Shown here one piece after another: positions 19,426-27,625 of a stretch of DNA of 40,312 nt. This DNA is from Enterobacter phage vB_EclP_26. The first letter of the stretch is position 1; each line of letters begins with the position of its first letter. The translations under genes and the position numbers were made by a program. The notes below the pieces were generated by a model, which saw nothing but the letters and a program-made list of their open reading frames with translations, ran no database searches and was not told where the DNA came from. Where the stretch lies: the sequence record PP869411.1; one strand, written 5' to 3'.

Positions 19426-20124
19426 TTAGAAGTCGTAGTCACCAGCAGTGTCTTCAGTTGAGCCATCAGACCCATCGTCTTGGAAGTCATCTGCATTGAA
19501 GTCGCCATCGGTAGAGGCCTTGTAGCCATCAGACCCGATGTCTTCATCGTCACCCCAGCCACCGTCACCGCCAGTACCATCGCCAGTCCACTCTTTGAGT
19601 TTGACCAGCAGTACGGATTCGAGTTGCAGCTTGACGCTTGCACCAGTCGCAGCGTTCCACTTGAACGGCAGGACCTTAAACTTGACCTTCAGCTCGGAGC
19701 CTGTGCCAATATTCGGGACGTCACGGATGAGTTTAGCATCGGTGTCGTAGAACCGTAATACGATAGGCTCAGACTTGCCGTCTTTCAGGTAAGACGCAAA
19801 GCATTTGAACTTCAGGGTAACTGTGCCGTCACCGTTCTCAATCCACGGCATGTCGCCTTCACGTGGTTCGATAGGCTTCTTGCCACGCTGAACCTGAGGA
19901 GGGTTCTTCTCGTGGTCTGCGAGTGCTTTCGCATACGCATCGTCGTGAATCTTCTGCAAGACATCAATCATCTTGCGGACTTTTGGGTCTGACAGGTTGA
20001 ACGTTAGGTTGACTTTGTGCTCACCACGCTCGTTGAACTTGGTGTCAGCTTTATTCAGCCAGCTGTAAGGCTCGACCAGACCAGCTACTGGAGTGGTGAA
20101 AGTCTTCAGTTGTTCACGGGACAT
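19426..20124 (-). CDS. ssDNA-binding protein, T7 gp2.5 homolog
   Basis: 232 aa; NPP.V.RGKKP, EGDMP, NGDGT.T.KFKC.AS, GASVKLQLESV.LV and an acidic C-terminal tail ending in F. Confidence 0.95.
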   Translation of the reverse strand: MSREQLKTFTTPVAGLVEPYSWLNKADTKFNERGEHKVNLTFNLSDPKVRKMIDVLQKIHDDAYAKALADHEKNPPQVQRGKKPIEPREGDMPWIENGDGTVTLKFKCFASYLKDGKSEPIVLRFYDTDAKLIRDVPNIGTGSELKVKFKVLPFKWNAATGASVKLQLESVLLVKLKEWTGDGTGGDGGWGDDEDIGSDGYKASTDGDFNADDFQDDGSDGSTEDTAGDYDF

Positions 20125-20156
20125 ATTGTTTCTCCTTTAGAGTTGAAATTAAGTTG

Positions 20157-20176
20157 TTCCTACAGTGATAGTTTAG
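20157..20176 (-). promoter_or_regulatory. phage-RNAP promoter (phi2.5 equivalent, TGTAGG variant)
   Basis: CTAAACTATCACTGTAGGAAC; overlaps the gp2 stop. Confidence 0.7.
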
Positions 20177-20412
20177 TCGTGCTTCTCAGGTCGGATGCGG
20201 CCTACCACAAAGCCTGCATCTTCATATTCCTGAGACTTTAGAGTAGCCTCTTCCAGAGACTTAGCGTATACCGGGACCTCGAAGGACTGAACTCGACCCT
20301 CAAGCTCCACGATATATTTCTTCTCTACAGGCTCGTACATGCAGCGGTGGGCGCAGGAGTGATTCTCCATGCCTACATCCTTTGCATACTGACAGCCATT
20401 CTCACAGGTCAT
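20173..20412 (-). CDS. host RNAP inhibitor gp2 homolog with Cys-rich N-terminal extension
   Basis: The C-terminal 48 aa ([45 protein letters not shown]) aligns to T7 Gp2. The N-terminal 30 aa carry CxxxC...CxxxC. RBS GGAGAGGA. Confidence 0.8.
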   Translation of the reverse strand: MTCENGCQYAKDVGMENHSCAHRCMYEPVEKKYIVELEGRVQSFEVPVYAKSLEEATLKSQEYEDAGFVVGRIRPEKHD

Positions 20413-20490
20413 AGTCCTCTCCCTTTCCAGAGGTTGTACATTTCGAGGTAGTTGGTGTCACCAGTCTTCTCGAACATCATCTCACACCAG

Positions 20491-20985
20491 CTACTTGGAG
20501 TCATTACCACCAGCCTTACTCTGAGCTACCAGACGCGCACCGAAGAACTCGACTTTCTCAGCATCGTACAATCCATCATCTTTAGCGCCAGCCTTACGCA
20601 GACCTAAAGTACGCTGAGCGGCCCGACGCCAGATGGCCTTGAACGCGTTGCCCTCCGCAAAGTTCATACCCAGAGCTTCGATGATGTCATTACACTCAGC
20701 GATGTACTCAGGTCGACCGGGAGTCGTTGTCTTGGTGATAGACACTTGGTAGTAGTCTGCTGACCCACCAGTGTACGTAGGTTCGGTCTTGGCTGCCACT
20801 GCTTTTCGCAGATTGCCAAAGGACACTGCTGTTTCATCACTATTGAAAGGACACTCACCGCATGCAATTCCATGACAGTTGATTCCGCCGCCACAATAAT
20901 CATGCGTATCAGGCTTATCAGGGTTCTGCTCTACCAACATTACCGCAATCTTCCAGTCCTTTGAGCCTTCAGCTAAGTTAGTCAT
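20491..20985 (-). CDS. gp1.7-like protein (nucleotide kinase family / DUF3310-like C-terminus)
   Basis: 164 aa with a Cys cluster (C.GGGINCHGIACGEC) like T7 gp1.7 and a conserved C-terminal region; synteny. Confidence 0.55.
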   Translation of the reverse strand: MTNLAEGSKDWKIAVMLVEQNPDKPDTHDYCGGGINCHGIACGECPFNSDETAVSFGNLRKAVAAKTEPTYTGGSADYYQVSITKTTTPGRPEYIAECNDIIEALGMNFAEGNAFKAIWRRAAQRTLGLRKAGAKDDGLYDAEKVEFFGARLVAQSKAGGNDSK

Positions 20986-21238
20986 TGACCACCTCCTTCA
21001 CGAACTCAACGAACAGACGAACACGAGGCCACTTGGTGTAGACCACAGGCACGCTGGTTTCAATCTTCTGGCGGGCCTCTTCAGCTTTGCCCGGAGTAAT
21101 CAGAGCGTAGACTGTAGGTGCCAGCTTAACGGCCTTCCCGAAGAAGCCAACCTTCTCGTCACGCTTAATGCAGGCGAACGGGTTGTTGGACAGGTGGAAG
21201 GTCTTTGAATAACGGTTGAACATTAAGTTCTTAGACAT
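20978..21238 (-). CDS. hypothetical protein (gene 1.5/1.6 region)
   Basis: 86-aa ORF directly downstream of a phage promoter, with RBS AAGGAGAAA. Confidence 0.5.
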   Translation of the reverse strand: MSKNLMFNRYSKTFHLSNNPFACIKRDEKVGFFGKAVKLAPTVYALITPGKAEEARQKIETSVPVVYTKWPRVRLFVEFVKEVVND

Positions 21239-21273
21239 AAGGTTTCTCCTTAAAGTTGAGGGACTCGACGTTG

Positions 21274-21293
21274 GTCCTACAGTGATAGTTTAG
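21274..21293 (-). promoter_or_regulatory. phage-RNAP promoter (TGTAGG variant)
   Basis: CTAAACTATCACTGTAGGAC. Confidence 0.7.
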
Positions 21294-21388
21294 TCGTCTA
21301 GACACTCGCCTACCAGCCACGTGAGGCCGTAGACCAGCAGCCATGACAGTATGGCAACTGCTGTGATAGAGAGCATAGGCATAAGCAT
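21290..21388 (-). CDS. possible 32-aa hydrophobic peptide
   Basis: MLMPMLSITAVAILSWLLVYGLTWLVGECLDD, preceded by GGAGGA. A promoter is embedded in its 3' end. It is below the track ORF length cut-off. Confidence 0.3.
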   Translation of the reverse strand: MLMPMLSITAVAILSWLLVYGLTWLVGECLDD

Positions 21389-21442
21389 TGGTCCTCCAGA
21401 ATGCGAAAGACCCAGTAGTCCGCGAAGACCACTGGGTTGACG

Positions 21443-21904
21443 TTATAATGAATCTCTTAAGGCTACTGCCTCGGCTATGGTATCGAACGTACCGTATGAC
21501 TTACGCTTTATCCGCAGTTGCCAGCGACCAGTCCTTGGCTCAAAGTTAACATACTTCTCACCAGACTTGCAGTGGCTACGGACGGCGACGTTTGTCAGGT
21601 TCACTGCCTGAGTTACACACCTTAGGTTCTCAATTCGGTTATCAGAAGGGTCTCTGTTTATATGGTCAATAACCATTCCTTCCGGTATCGGACCGTGAGT
21701 TAGTTCCCAGACTACCCGGTGTGCAAGGAGCTGACCTTTGGTTGTGTTTATAATCCAGTAGCCATCCTTGCGTCGATAGCCTAAGTGTTTACCCTTCAGG
21801 TTGGCGACTCCCGAAGGAGCCGTCCGGTCAACCTTAAATCTTGACTGTAGGATTGTCCTCAGTCCCTCGCCACTGGTCGAATGACGGATGTCGCAAACTT
21901 CCAT
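21443..21904 (-). mobile_element. HNH homing endonuclease (HNH_3-type) inserted after the ligase gene
   Basis: 153 aa; GYWIINTTKGQLLAHRVVWELTHGPIPEGMVIDHINRDPSDNRIENLR. It overlaps the ligase 3' end by 71 nt in another frame. Confidence 0.85.
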
Positions 21905-22892
21905 CTGGTGTCTCCTCCATGTAGGTAATCTGACAGGCCCACCCTTTGTAGTAATCTGGGTCTGACTTTACGTTCTCTGTGAACTCGGACATAAGGGCGC
22001 GACTAATGTTAGTTGCGGAGACCTCCATCCCGTTCTCAAGCATAACGTCGAAACCAATTACTAGACCTTCGTTTGCGAGACCTTCGGTCCCCCATACTGG
22101 CCTAACAACGTGACCGTCTGCCTCTTCGCTTGGCTTCATTTTCCACATGCCAGACTTATTGCCTCGCTTGTATTTACCAAGTGGGTCCTTGACTACCAGA
22201 CCCTCATGTCCTTCCAGACGCTTCTCTTCGTACAGGGAGTTGAGCGACTCAAGGTCATAGACCGTGTGTGACTCAGACAGAACCCAGTCGATTTCCGGGA
22301 AGTATTTCTGGAGGAGAGGGACGATAGATTCGGCCTTCAGTCGGGTGACGCTGTGGATAGGACCTTCAGCTTTCGGGTCGAGGATGACGTTAAGGTCAAT
22401 GACCCCGTAGACAATGACTTGCAGCTTGTTAGGTGCTAGCTTGAATAATGTCTTAGTTCCCCACAGCTTCTTGTCCCAGTCAAGCAGCGCTCTGGTGTCG
22501 AACATTTTGTTAGCGTCCTTGAGATATTTGGTACGGATGAGACCTGAAGACGTGTTGAAGTCTACACCCTTGACCATGACCTCGCCGTCAATCATCAGGC
22601 CAGAGACTTCATGTCCTGCCTGCTTCAGGAACCACCGCCAGTCGCTAGCCTTCTGCTGTTCACCGGGAGACTGGTGTATGCCTTCGGGTACTGACATCCA
22701 GCTCAGCGCTGGCAGTTCTTTAGACTCACGGCTCAACCACTGGGTCTCACCCGTTGGGAAGACCGGAAGGTTCAGGCGCACGCCGTCATACTTCACCTCA
22801 GCTTCCAGCGACCCGGCTGCTTCCAGTGCTTTCTTAACGCCGGACTCAGAGTAGTCGACTGCGCGGTGTGGTGCGGTTTTGATAGTTGTCAT
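21834..22892 (-). CDS. ATP-dependent DNA ligase, T7 gp1.3 homolog
   Basis: KYDGVR adenylation motif. DGE.MVKGVDFNTSSGLIRTK, EGHEGLVVKDP, WKMKP, ISRALM.EFTE and WACQI.YMEETPDGSLRHPSF match the T7 ligase. The start is taken at an internal ATG with RBS GGAGA. Confidence 0.95.
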   Translation of the reverse strand: MTTIKTAPHRAVDYSESGVKKALEAAGSLEAEVKYDGVRLNLPVFPTGETQWLSRESKELPALSWMSVPEGIHQSPGEQQKASDWRWFLKQAGHEVSGLMIDGEVMVKGVDFNTSSGLIRTKYLKDANKMFDTRALLDWDKKLWGTKTLFKLAPNKLQVIVYGVIDLNVILDPKAEGPIHSVTRLKAESIVPLLQKYFPEIDWVLSESHTVYDLESLNSLYEEKRLEGHEGLVVKDPLGKYKRGNKSGMWKMKPSEEADGHVVRPVWGTEGLANEGLVIGFDVMLENGMEVSATNISRALMSEFTENVKSDPDYYKGWACQITYMEETPDGSLRHPSFDQWRGTEDNPTVKI

Positions 22893-22897
22893 TCTGG

Positions 22898-23158
22898 TTA
22901 TCTCCACAGTTCAAATTGTTTAAGTGCGTTGTAAGCTGGCCCGATGGCATCGGCGTACTCTGTTGGACCCATCGAGTCGTTAAACTCAAGTCTCGCTATC
23001 AGGTCTCCTCGCTCATACCCTCCCTTAGGGCTGAATATAGGAGGCATTCTGAAGGTCATCCTCTCGACCTTAATCTTACGACTCAGGTCCTCGTACCAGT
23101 CCTGTTCTACCACAAGTCCGAGGCTCTTGGCAAACTCCTTAAGCTCATAATGGTTCAT
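22898..23158 (-). CDS. gp1.2-position hypothetical protein
   Basis: 86 aa; the call is positional (between 1.1 and the ligase). Confidence 0.45.
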   Translation of the reverse strand: MNHYELKEFAKSLGLVVEQDWYEDLSRKIKVERMTFRMPPIFSPKGGYERGDLIARLEFNDSMGPTEYADAIGPAYNALKQFELWR

Positions 23159-23161
23159 ACC

Positions 23162-23341
23162 TTACGCTCCTACGAAATACTTCTCTTGGTTGACCATTGA
23201 GTCTTTACCTTCAGCGTTGCGGAAAGCACCCTTTACGCCACCACCGCGCTTGGTCTTATTCAGCTTGCGACCCTTAGGCATGTAACCTTCGGTCTGCTGA
23301 CGTTCACGGATGCGCTCGAAGTTAATGGTGTTCTGATACAT
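23162..23341 (-). CDS. gp1.1 homolog
   Basis: 59-aa basic protein containing GRKLNKTKR, as in T7 gp1.1. Not in the ORF track (<60 aa). Confidence 0.7.
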   Translation of the reverse strand: MYQNTINFERIRERQQTEGYMPKGRKLNKTKRGGGVKGAFRNAEGKDSMVNQEKYFVGA

Positions 23342-23372
23342 GGTTAAATCTCCAGTAGTTTTGAGTTAGGGT

Positions 23373-23414
23373 TAATCATGAAGGCCACGACTTTGAGTCA
23401 TGACCTTTAGTCTA
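23373..23414 (-). ncRNA. conserved structured RNA element, class I copy C (R1.1-like position)
   Basis: UAGACUAAAGGUCAUGAC-UCAAA-GUCGUGGCCUUCAUGAUUA; an 11-bp stem with covariation relative to copies A and B; lies immediately downstream of a phage promoter. Confidence 0.6.
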
Positions 23415-23434
23415 ATCCTATAGTGATAGTTTAG
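23415..23434 (-). promoter_or_regulatory. phage-RNAP promoter (phi1.1 equivalent)
   Basis: CTAAACTATCACTATAGGAT. Confidence 0.75.
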
Positions 23435-23913
23435 ATGGGCCGGATTCCTCTGCGCCAAGCGCGGGCCACCAGCTTAGCGTCACGTTCAGCAGCCGCATCC
23501 TTCCCGGTAAGCTCCACCATCTCGAAGTCGTACTGAATGCGTCCATCTATGTCAGACTTTCGGTAGACGAAATCCTTACGGGACCCGTCAGTATGCAGCT
23601 GGTGGATTGTCAGGTTTCTGTCGTCGTCGTCCACGGTGAACCACTTCACGTCCTTGCCGCATGGTCCCGGCCCGGTCTTAAAGACTGTGGGCTGGAACAG
23701 TCCGTCAAACAGCGCCTTGAACTTGATGCCGACCAGACGCTCACCTTTCGTTGGTGCCTCCTTGCGTCGTTGGACTTCAAGCATCCGTTCACCCACCGCC
23801 AGCGCTTCTTTAAGCTTGCCTATCTCGTTACTCTTGAGGGTACTCAGCTCATGGCTGTTCTTCAGGTGGACTTCAAGTTCTGCGATGCGTGCTTTCAGTT
23901 TACGGTTAAACAT
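23431..23913 (-). CDS. hypothetical protein (gene 1.05 region)
   Basis: 160-aa ORF with a coiled-coil N-terminus and RBS GAGG. Confidence 0.5.
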   Translation of the reverse strand: MFNRKLKARIAELEVHLKNSHELSTLKSNEIGKLKEALAVGERMLEVQRRKEAPTKGERLVGIKFKALFDGLFQPTVFKTGPGPCGKDVKWFTVDDDDRNLTIHQLHTDGSRKDFVYRKSDIDGRIQYDFEMVELTGKDAAAERDAKLVARAWRRGIRPI

Positions 23914-23990
23914 GGGTTAGCCTCTTCTGCGTTGGATTAATGTGAATACTGCAAGTGCTAGGAGCCAGACTCCCAGCCACTGTAGGTCTG

Positions 23991-24191
23991 TCATTTGGTT
24001 ACCGCCTCGGCTAGGGCCTGTTCGTGGGACTTCTCGACCTGCTGTACAAGCCACTTAAAGGAGACGTTAAGCTGTTTGGACATCTCGGTTGGGATGACCG
24101 TGGTCTTCACCAGACCCTTGCCGTTGTGCTCGGTCACGGTCACGATTTGAGTGCCGCCTTTAATACCAGTCTGCTTGTGTGCAAATTTCAT
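23991..24191 (-). CDS. hypothetical small protein downstream of RNAP
   Basis: 66 aa starting MKFAHKQ, with a strong RBS AAGGAGG; the track ORF begins at an upstream TTG. Confidence 0.55.
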   Translation of the reverse strand: MKFAHKQTGIKGGTQIVTVTEHNGKGLVKTTVIPTEMSKQLNVSFKWLVQQVEKSHEQALAEAVTK

Positions 24192-24204
24192 AGTTAGTGC
24201 CTCC

Positions 24205-26886
24205 TTAGGCGAATGCAAAGTCTGAAGACAGGATGTCTTCGATATTCAGTTTACCGCGTGGTGGCAGTGGTGGCAACTTCTCGCGCTGAGACTCATGGAG
24301 CTGGTCCTCAAACTGCTCGTAGAAGTCTTGCAGCACATCGTTGTCACGGTAAGTCTCGACCATCGTCTCACGCACACCCTTGAAGAGTGACTCAGCGTCT
24401 GCCGGGATGGTCCCGAAGCTGTCGTGAATGACCGCGAAGGACATTACGCCATACTTGCGGTGGGTGTGGACTACAGTCTTCCGCAGGTGGCTGCCATCCT
24501 GTGAGTGGACGAAGTTAGGGCTGATACCCGACTCCTGCTTGTGCTTGTCCAGCTCCTTGCTTGACCCTTTGTTGACTGTGGGTTGCAGGTTGAACGTTCC
24601 AAGGAACAGCAGGTTGAGACGTGTGGTATCACGCTTGCGGTATTCCTGCCAGACTGGGAACCCATCGGGTGTGACCCAGTGTACCGGGAGGCAGGGCTTC
24701 AGCACTTCTTTAGTCTTCTTGTCCTTGACTTCAGCAGCCAGCAGTTTCGCTGCGCCCTGTAGCCACTTCATCGCGTCTACCGCAGCAACTACGGTCACAC
24801 TAACCGCATCCCAAATCATCTTAGCCATGAAGCGAGACGCTTGGCTTGGGTCTGTGAACATAGCCCCTTTGCCGTTGTCGATGGCTGGCATCACGGTGTC
24901 CTCGAACACTTGGTCTGCGAACCCATACTCTTTCGACCCGTAGGCCAGAGTCATGACCGAGCGTTTAGTGACCGAGCGCGACATACCGTATTGCAGCCAC
25001 TGACGGGCCAGCTCACGGGTCCCAAGGACCAGACGCTCTGTAATTTCGCCTGTCTTCTTGTCCTCGAAGGTCTTCATCTCGTTGTCGCTACCGTTGACCA
25101 GCAGTTCCTTGAGTTGCTCCTCCACCCGGTCTGACACAATGCGGTAGATGTCTTGGACCTTACCGCTTGGCGTCAGGTTGACCGCATGTCCGCCAACGTG
25201 GTCCCGAAGCATAGCACTGAAGTGTTGAATCCCAGAGCAGGACCCATCGAATGCGATAGGCAGTGAGCAGGAGTAGCTCAGACCGTGGTGCATTACCCCA
25301 GCATACTCGAAGCAGAACGCGAGGAAGCAGAACGGCGAGTCTAACTGGCCCCACCAGTCAATGCTGTCCATCGGACTCTTGGCAGCTGCTAGGATGTTGT
25401 CGTGGTTGTCTTCCACCCACTTGATGCGCTCCTCAAAGGTGACCTTATCCACACCTGCGCAGTTCGCACCGTGCACCTTCAGCCATTTGAAACCGTCAGC
25501 ACCGATAGGCTTGCCAACTGCCAGAGTCAGGAGACCCTTCTGCATGTCGTTTCCTTGCGGGTTGAACATCGGGACCGCATACACTCGACCACGCCAGTCC
25601 ATATTGTACGGGAACCAGATGGCCTTAAACTGTGAGAACTTATTGGCCTGACTCACGATGAAGCTCAATGACAAACGGCGGGACTGTCGGGCCTTCTCTC
25701 GACGGTAGATACCTGCTGCCGCTTTCTTCCACGCTTTCAGTTCCTCCTCAGTCTCCCCTGTGTAATCCTCAGGTTTCATCGGGTCCATCTGCGGGATGTC
25801 TGCGATAGGTGTGTTGTTGAGCTTCTCGACCATGTTCACCACGTCCAAGACCTTCTTGTTCACCTTCCACGGTGTCTGCTGGATGATGTTGACCGCTTCG
25901 TACACCTCCGGCATGTACACGTCTTCATAACGAGCGACCGCAGCCTTTGACCCTAAGCGAATCAATGGGAGTGGTCTGCGACCTTTCGCCCAGTATCCTC
26001 CACCTACCACGCCATTCCACGGCTTAGGCGGGACGACACATGGTTGATACACCGGGGCGATACCTGCCAGTGAGAACCCACGCTGAGCCATCTTCTTGAC
26101 CCAGAAGTCTGACAGGTGGACCATCTCAACGTCTGCCGCAGCGTTGCCTGCACCGTATCGCTTCAGCTCTACCAGCTGTGAGGACTGGATGACCAGCTCC
26201 AGCATCTTGATGCCAACGTGTACCGCTTCAGTCGGACCCCAAGTGCCCCACGCATCAGCCAGCTGCCCCTGCTCAAGCATGGACGCTTCTACTGCCTGCA
26301 TGTAGGCTTTCTTATAGGCCTGACCAGCGCGTTTCTTCAGGTTCTCCGCAATGGTCTTCTTGAAGTGTTCCTGTTCCTGCTCACGGATGCGACCGAAGCG
26401 TATTTCATCTTCAATCGTGCGGCCTATTGCTGAGGCCATTGGCGTAATCGGTACGCCCTCAGGCTTGACCAGCTTCGAGAGGATGACTTTCAGTATGATG
26501 ACCGCAGCCGCCTCAGGTGATACTTTAAGTGAACGGTCTTTAACGGCCTTCTCTTCTGTGCTCAGCATGGTAAACGCCACGCTCGGGCGGGAGGTCGATG
26601 CCTTTCCGTCTGGCCCCTCGTGCCACTCACGAATCGCTTTCGCTATGGTCGGGACCAGCGTTTGCATCAGTGGCTTAGCAACCTGATTGTCTGCCAGTTC
26701 CCCGCGCTCAGTCTGACGCTCAAGGTTCTTAATGAAACGTCGCTCACCTTCAGTGTATGCCTCATGCTCAAGCTGAAGCTGTTTGACTGCGAGGTCCTGA
26801 CCGTAATGGTCAGCCAGTACATTGAACGGCTCAATCGCATTCGATACGTCAGAGAAGTCATGCTTTTCAATCGAGATGACGCTCAT
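24205..26886 (-). CDS. single-subunit DNA-directed RNA polymerase, T7 gp1 homolog
   Basis: 893 aa, highly similar to T7 RNAP across all motifs. The specificity-loop region reads TVNKGSSKELDKHKQESG versus T7 TINTNKDSEIDAHKQESG. The start is taken at an internal ATG (MSVISIEKHDFSD). Confidence 0.98.
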   Translation of the reverse strand: MSVISIEKHDFSDVSNAIEPFNVLADHYGQDLAVKQLQLEHEAYTEGERRFIKNLERQTERGELADNQVAKPLMQTLVPTIAKAIREWHEGPDGKASTSRPSVAFTMLSTEEKAVKDRSLKVSPEAAAVIILKVILSKLVKPEGVPITPMASAIGRTIEDEIRFGRIREQEQEHFKKTIAENLKKRAGQAYKKAYMQAVEASMLEQGQLADAWGTWGPTEAVHVGIKMLELVIQSSQLVELKRYGAGNAAADVEMVHLSDFWVKKMAQRGFSLAGIAPVYQPCVVPPKPWNGVVGGGYWAKGRRPLPLIRLGSKAAVARYEDVYMPEVYEAVNIIQQTPWKVNKKVLDVVNMVEKLNNTPIADIPQMDPMKPEDYTGETEEELKAWKKAAAGIYRREKARQSRRLSLSFIVSQANKFSQFKAIWFPYNMDWRGRVYAVPMFNPQGNDMQKGLLTLAVGKPIGADGFKWLKVHGANCAGVDKVTFEERIKWVEDNHDNILAAAKSPMDSIDWWGQLDSPFCFLAFCFEYAGVMHHGLSYSCSLPIAFDGSCSGIQHFSAMLRDHVGGHAVNLTPSGKVQDIYRIVSDRVEEQLKELLVNGSDNEMKTFEDKKTGEITERLVLGTRELARQWLQYGMSRSVTKRSVMTLAYGSKEYGFADQVFEDTVMPAIDNGKGAMFTDPSQASRFMAKMIWDAVSVTVVAAVDAMKWLQGAAKLLAAEVKDKKTKEVLKPCLPVHWVTPDGFPVWQEYRKRDTTRLNLLFLGTFNLQPTVNKGSSKELDKHKQESGISPNFVHSQDGSHLRKTVVHTHRKYGVMSFAVIHDSFGTIPADAESLFKGVRETMVETYRDNDVLQDFYEQFEDQLHESQREKLPPLPPRGKLNIEDILSSDFAFA

Positions 26887-26963
26887 ACTTAAAGTCCTTA
26901 TAACTGTTGTCTTATCACTAAAGTCTTTCACTTCAGTCCTGACTTATAGTCTTTCGACCTTGA

Positions 26964-26983
26964 GTCCTTTAGTGATAGTTTAG
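26964..26983 (-). promoter_or_regulatory. divergent phage-promoter-like sequence upstream of the RNAP gene
   Basis: CTAAACTATCACTAAAGGAC, followed by an R1-like structured region (GACUCAAGGUC..GACUGAAG). Confidence 0.35.
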
Positions 26984-26989
26984 TCCAAA

Positions 26990-27202
26990 CTACTTGCATA
27001 TCAGCGGGTTAGCGTGCAGATGGCTGAAGTCACCTTTGGTCGTCCAGCGCATAGCTTTCAACTCGGTACATGCCTTCAGTCTGGACTCCAAGATAGCAGC
27101 CATCTCGTTCAGTGCCACCTTGTCTCCGGTCTTATAGGCCAGCATAAAGCGGGACATAATGTTGTTAAAGTGGTCTTGCTTAGCGCGTTGTGATTTAGTC
27201 AT
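26990..27202 (-). CDS. hypothetical early protein
   Basis: 70-aa ORF whose start overlaps the upstream gene by 8 nt. Confidence 0.45.
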   Translation of the reverse strand: MTKSQRAKQDHFNNIMSRFMLAYKTGDKVALNEMAAILESRLKACTELKAMRWTTKGDFSHLHANPLICK

Positions 27203-27395
27203 TACAGTTTGCTCCTAAGGTTGCGATATCAAAGACGTTTGCGAGGTTGCGCATAAAGCGTCCGTTTGGTTGTCTTACAGTCCAGCGTCCCAGTGATACA
27301 TACTGGAAGCGGTAGACTTTACGTGCCTTCACGATGTCTTTCGTGATGACTGCGAGTATTAACCCGTAGCCGATGACCAGAAGTAGCCAGCCCAT
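27195..27395 (-). CDS. hypothetical early membrane protein
   Basis: 66 aa with an N-terminal transmembrane helix (WLLLVIGYGLILAVI); its start overlaps the upstream stop (TAACTATG). Confidence 0.45.
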   Translation of the reverse strand: MGWLLLVIGYGLILAVITKDIVKARKVYRFQYVSLGRWTVRQPNGRFMRNLANVFDIATLGANCND

Positions 27396-27397
27396 AG

Positions 27398-27559
27398 TTA
27401 CCCCGCCAGTCCGCAGAGAATCAGGAGACCGCGCACGATGCCTACAGGTGACACAATGATGTCGACTGCTAGCCAGCCCCAGTGACCAGCGTTGCCATCA
27501 GTCGCTACAGCAGTGACCCAAAGTGCGATGATTACGATGTAGGTTAACAGTGCTTTCAT
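27398..27559 (-). CDS. hypothetical small membrane protein
   Basis: 53 aa (MKALLTYIVIIALWVTAVATDGNAGHWGWLAVDIIVSPVGIVRGLLILCGLAG) with RBS AGGAG; not in the ORF track (<60 aa). Confidence 0.4.
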   Translation of the reverse strand: MKALLTYIVIIALWVTAVATDGNAGHWGWLAVDIIVSPVGIVRGLLILCGLAG

Positions 27560-27625
27560 GGTAATGCTCCTATATGTTGTGAGTAATAATCTTTGAGACC
27601 ACTATATGTAGTGGCCTCTCGCCTA

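Noticed and set aside
24428-24943. Plus-strand ORFs inside the RNAP gene, and the other plus-strand ORFs throughout the track
   Set aside because: They are antisense to strongly conserved genes, with no RBS or promoter support.
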